From the NCBI RefSeq assembly GCF_009914755.1, contig NC_060931.1: a stretch of 64,000 nt of DNA, one strand, 5' to 3'. Each line of letters opens with the position of its first letter. Position 1 is the first letter of the stretch. Below are positions 58,151 through 64,000 of this stretch, one piece after another. Made by a program: the position numbers and the translations under genes. Under the pieces are notes generated by a model. The model saw only the letters and a list, made by a program, of their open reading frames with translations. It made no database searches and was not told where the DNA came from. This DNA comes from the human T2T-CHM13v2.0 reference genome, Homo sapiens.

Positions 58151-60667
58151 TGGATTCATTTTTGGACTGATACCCTTTTAGACATTTAAATCTTGTTTCC
58201 CATATTTAATAAAAATAATTCATATAAATTAGGTATTACTGGAAATACCTTCCACAGGAAGGCCTTCAAAATTAACAGTGTAGCCTTGCTTTATGTATCA
58301 TTTATCTAGCCCTAATGTAATCTTGTCAAACCTAGGTGGTCTTTTCCTTTTGCTTCAAATAGACTTTAGGTGCTCTTAAAATTTTCAGCATCCTATAGTA
58401 CTAACCTAAATTTTCAGCATCCTATAACGTTAACTTAAAGCTTATAGAAAAGATACCTAGCTAGTGTTTCTGGCTTTTAAAAAAGAATCCTGCACAGTAT
58501 TCTGGGGTAAGCTCTATACTAAGCACAAAGCAGATACCCCAGAAATACTGATTAAAGAATTTTACTGCCAGGATGGTAGTATGATGAATGTCATAAATGC
58601 ACTCCCCAGAGAAACAAGCAAAGCTGGAGAAAACTATAAAAATGCAACCATTTAAAGTCTTTAGAAAATGTCCCAAGGATACAGAGCAAATGCAGAAACA
58701 TTTATTCAAGAAAATCTACTAAAACTCAGCATAAACAATGAGACTGTAGCACTTGAAGCCATGATCCACTGTCACCATATCCCCAGCCCCAAGCCAAAAC
58801 AGCTTAGCAGAAGTTCCACTCTGGATGGATATGGCCCAGAAGATGAGCTCCCTCTCCTCCTCAGCTCCCGAACAAGTGTTACCATATCTCATCTGAAGCA
58901 GCAGCCTACCAGCATTTCTTATCCCCTTCGACTCAAATGTGAAGTGACTAAATTCTGGTGAGTATGGCTGAGAGGTTGAGGGATCTCTCCTTTCACTGAG
59001 CACCATAGGATGAGAACTCTTCTCCCAGACAAGGAAGGCTGAGAATACTAAGACCCTGAATTCCTTCACCCCGCTTGCTGAAAGGCAGAGATTCCATGCT
59101 GTGAGAAGCAAACCAAGAAGACCAGAGGCTACTGCTCCACCCAGCACCTAGAATAGTGGCTCAGAGATTCTGCCTATGATAAGAAGCAGTCCCTAAGAAA
59201 AAAGTGGCTCAAAAGCTCTCCCCAAAGGAACTGACTTTATTTAAAACAGAATGTGTGGAAATTCAAGCCTAAGGATACTCTGGAAAACAATAACTCCTCT
59301 TAATTAGGAACAAGTTAAATTCTAGGCCAGTAGCTTACCTTAGAGAACCTCAGGGAAAGAGACAGCTAAGAAGGGTCCTCTTGGGGTCAGAATACACCTC
59401 AGAGGCTGGCCTTAAAAACTACTTCTGTCCAGTTTTAATTCTATCAGAATACAGAGTAATTTATTCCCTAAGCTATGTCAAAAACAATAGAGCAATTGTC
59501 CAGTAATTAGTGGAGCCTAAGGGCGGGGTGTAAACACACAATGAGCCACACAGCCTAGAAGGAAGATTAGAGAAACAGGCAGTTTAACAGAGCCCTGCTA
59601 AAAACCACTGTCACCCCAGGGTCACTATATATGCCCAAGACTGCTCTCTCTGAGAAGAAACATCAAAGACTTCACAATTTGGGGTAAGTAGACTTCACTA
59701 ATATAGTGCAGCCAAATCACTAAACAAAGAAACAAGCAAACAATTCCTTATGGGGAGGGAAAGAAGAATCGGTATCTAGAATTGCTAGAATATATAACCT
59801 AAAATATCCAGTTCTCAACAAAAATTATGAGACATGCAAAGAAATAGGAAAGACTGATCCACACATAAGAAAAAGAGTAGGCAACAGAAACTAACTGTGA
59901 GAGGGGCTAAATGTCATATTTAACAGACAAAGACTTCAATGAAGCCATTATAAATATGTTCAAAGAACTAAAAGAAACCATGGTTAAGGAAGTAAAGAAA
60001 GGTATGAACAAAATGTCTTATCATAGAGAATATCAATAAAAAGAAATCATAAAAAAAACCCAAAAGGGAATTCTGAAATTGAAAAAAGTACGATAAATGA
60101 AATGTAAAAATTCATTACAATGGCTCAACAGTCAGTTTGAACTAGCAGAAAAAAGAATCAGTGAACTTGAAGATAAATGAAAAGATAATATAATCTGAAA
60201 AGGAGAGTAAAAATAGAATGACGAGAAATAAAGAGTCTCAGAGAAACCTGGGACACTTTTGGGTATACCAACATTGGTATAATGGAATGACCAGAAGGTG
60301 AGGAGAAAGAAAAAGAAAGAGAAAAAACATTAAAAAAAAAATGGCTGCAAACTTCCCACATTTGATGAAAAACATTAATCTACACATCCAAAAAGCTCTG
60401 TGAACTCCAACTAGGATAACATGCACAGGTCCATATGGGGGCTAAAAAGCAGTGGGATGGCATATTTAAAATGCTGAAAAGAAAACTCTAAAGACCTGTC
60501 AATCAAGAATCCTCTATCTAGCAAAACTTTATTTCAACAACAAAAACAAAATAAAGTCATTTCCAGATAAACAAAAACTGGAAGAATTCATTTTTAGCAG
60601 ACCTACCTTATCAGAAATATTAAAGAAAGTTTTTAAGAGAAAGTAAACCCAGATAGTTCTCTAAATC

Positions 60668-61354
60668 TGTTACTTGTGGCAGGTATCTGAGTTACCAGCA
60701 GCATATCCTTATGTGTTCACAGTAACTTCAAGTCTTGCCTCCACGGAAGAAAGAATTTGATTGAGGAGCATAAAGCAGAAAAAGGGACTGAGGCAAGTTT
60801 CAGAGCAGGAGTGGAATTTTATTAAAAAGGCTTTAGAACAGGAAAGAAATGAAAGAACACTTGGGAGAGATCCAAGTGGGTGCCTTGGCCTAACCATGAT
60901 CCTAGGACTTTATAGGCTGCCATCTTGCACCCTTTCCCTGTGATTCTGCCCTTAGGGTAGGCTGCCCACATGTGCAGTGCCCCCCAGCCCCTTACCTCTG
61001 GGAAGTGAGCATGTGCAGTGTGTTCAGGAAATTATATGCATGCCCATCTGAGGCCTTCCTCCCGTTTCTGGTGTAGTGCCCCCAAAGGTCATACTTCACC
61101 ATTTTGTCTTTTAATATGCATGCCCAGGAAGTTGCTTCTCCCTGGTGTCTGCATTCAGTTAACACTTTAATGTTAACAGCTGTAGATCATCAGGAGATTG
61201 TCTCTCCCTGGAGCCCTGGTGCCAGCTGCCAAATTAGAATTATCGTTTTCAGAGAGGTAGTGTGATAATTGTCAAACCATCGCCTGACTTTTCTAGTGGG
61301 TCAGGGAGAAGAGCCTTCTCTTGTCTCGCTAATGTCTATCTAACTACTGTAACA
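60668..61354 (-). mobile_element. ERV1 solo LTR, MER50-like
   Basis: TGTTAC...GTAACA inverted termini. 4-bp TSD AATC at 60664-60667 and 61355-61358. Minus-strand TATAAA at 60914-60909 and AATAAA at 60823-60818. The 5' end TGTTACAGTAGTTAGATAGAC resembles the MER50 consensus as I recall it. Confidence 0.82.
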
Positions 61355-62866
61355 AATCCACACAAAAAATACAAAATGGTAAAGGTATCTATGTAATTAT
61401 AAAAGATAGTATAACTGCTTATTTCTTTCGTCTCTTAATGGTTTGAAAAGCTATTGTATATATCAATGTGTATACAATTGCATTGTTGAGCCTATGATGG
61501 ATAGAAATGTATTATATCTGGAAAATAAGAGAACAGCAGAAGTCAGAGGGAGCAGGGTTGTATTAGAGTAAGAAAATAACAATAGATGGTAACTTGAACC
61601 CACAGGAACAAAAGAAGAGAACCAGAAATGGCAAATATGAGTGTAAATATAACAAACTCTAAATATAAATTTGCTCATATTTCTGTTCTCAACTTCTTTA
61701 GTAACGTGAAATTACGTAAAGTAATAATTACAATACTATAATATTGGGTCAGTAACTTATATAATTGACCGAATTATAATAGTTCAAGACATTATAATAG
61801 TTCAAGAAGATGAAGGACAGGATAGAGATATACAAGAGTAACATTTCTATATCTCACTCAAATTAAGTTAGTATAAATCTAAAGTAGATTGTTATAAGAT
61901 GTATATGGTAAGTCCTAAAGCAACTACCAAGAAAATAACTTAAAATATAGTTCTAAAAAATCACTAAAGGAACTAAAATGTTACATTGGAAAATATTCAC
62001 TTAATGTAAAAGAAAGCTGTAAAAAAGAAATAAAGAAACAGAAAAGATATGAAACATATAGAAAACAAAAAGTATAATGGCGTGTGAATCCAACTATGCC
62101 AAAATAACATTAAATGTGAGTAGATTAAAAAATTCAATTAACAAGCAGATTGTCAGACTGGATTAAAAAAACCCTCAATATCTACTAATATGTTCTTTAT
62201 AGAAGACACACCAGAGATTCAAAGATACAAACAGGTCGAAAGTAAAAGGATGATAAAAGATACACCATGATGCAAATAGCAACCATAAGAAATCAATAGT
62301 GTCTATACTATCAGACAAAATAGACTTTAAGACAAAAAAAAGTTACTACTAATAAAGAGGATCTTTTTATAATGACAAAAGGGTCAATCCATCCAGAAAA
62401 CATAGCAATTATATATAAAAATAACAACAGAGTCCCAAAATAACGTGAGACAAATGATGACAGAAATGAAGGAAGGAATAGTTAACTGAACAATAATAGT
62501 TGAAAACCTCAATACCCCACTTTCAATAATGAACAGAACAACTAGGCAGAAGATCAACTTCTATCTGGAAACAGAAGACTTGAACAACACTATATACAAC
62601 TATATACAAACTGGACCTAACAGACATTTACAGAATATGTCATCCAACAATAGCAGAACACACATTCTTCTCAAGCACACATGGACTATTCTACAAGATA
62701 GACCATATGTGTGCTAGGCCATAAAACAAGTTTCAATAAATTTAAAAGGATGGCAATCATACAAAACATGTTTTCTGATCACAATAAAGTAAAACTCGAA
62801 ATTAATAGCTATAAGGAAGTTTGGGAAATTAACAAATATGTGGAAGTTAACATACTCTTAAAAGAA

Positions 62867-63320
<454 letters not shown>

Positions 63321-64000
63321 TCAAATGTCTCAAGTCAACAACTTAACTTTTTATCTTGAGACAATGGAAAAAAGAATATATAATAAGGATTAAAGCAGTA
63401 ATTAAATAAATGAATAATAAGAATAAAGGAAGTCTCCATAGCCAAAGGTTGTTCTTTAAAAAGATCAACAAAATAGAAAAACTGTTAGCTAGACTGACCT
63501 AAACAAACGAAAAGACTCAAAGTATTAAAATCAGAAATGAAAGATGTTACTATCAACCTTACAGAAAAAATTACAAGGGAATACTATGAACCTTATGCCA
63601 ACAAATTAGATAATGTAGATGAAACAGAAAAACTCCCAGAAAGACACAAACTTCTGAAATTGACTCAAGAAGAAATGAAATGCTGAAATAGACATAAGAA
63701 ATTGAATTAGTAACAAAAAACTTCCCACACAGAAAAACGCAGGCCTAGATGGCCTTATTGGTAAATACTATCAAATGTTTAAAGAAGAATGAATACCAAT
63801 TTCTTCATGAACTCTTCCAAAAAACAAGAGGGAACTTTTTTTTAACTCATTCTATTAGTTATTATCCTGATAAAACCAGATAAAGACATTGTAAGAAAAC
63901 TACAGATTAGTATTACTTGCGAATATAGATGGAAAAATCCTCAACAAAATACCAGAAAATCAAATCCAGCAATATTTAGAAAGAATTAAACACCATGGCC

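Noticed and set aside
58379-58426. Short tandem duplications (29-bp period here; also ~11075-11119, ~13573-13608, ~61773-61807)
   Set aside because: Two-copy slippage duplications with no evidence of function.

Overview
Human (primate) genomic DNA containing the 5' part of WNT2 on the minus strand. From my recall of the locus this is chr7q31.2, in the WNT2-ASZ1-CFTR neighbourhood. Coding exons 1-4 are present: 32327-32245, 30122-29896, 24679-24402 and 7212-6948 (83+227+278+265 nt). All introns are GT-AG and the frame is continuous. The last exon lies beyond the left edge of the window. A two-lobed CpG-island promoter spans about 32.1-34.1 kb. The introns carry many Alu, MIR, old L1 and MaLR fragments. 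The ~28 kb upstream of the promoter is almost entirely nested transposons: old plus-strand L1M pieces, a near full-length minus-strand L1PB, MaLR LTRs, a MER50-like solo LTR and Alus. I found no second protein-coding gene, RNA gene, CRISPR array or foreign insert, and no convincing wholly new biological system. The best leads are regulatory or structural: two tiny uORFs packed against the WNT2 start codon; a TCF/LEF+GATA motif cluster in intron 1; an intact co-oriented MER50-like LTR as a candidate placental enhancer or promoter; a UG-repeat pseudo-microexon; two opposite Alus sharing one TTTAAA target; a tailless Alu; and an Alu tail converted to a compound pentanucleotide repeat. Repeat family names and boundaries were assigned by eye and are approximate unless TSDs are quoted.
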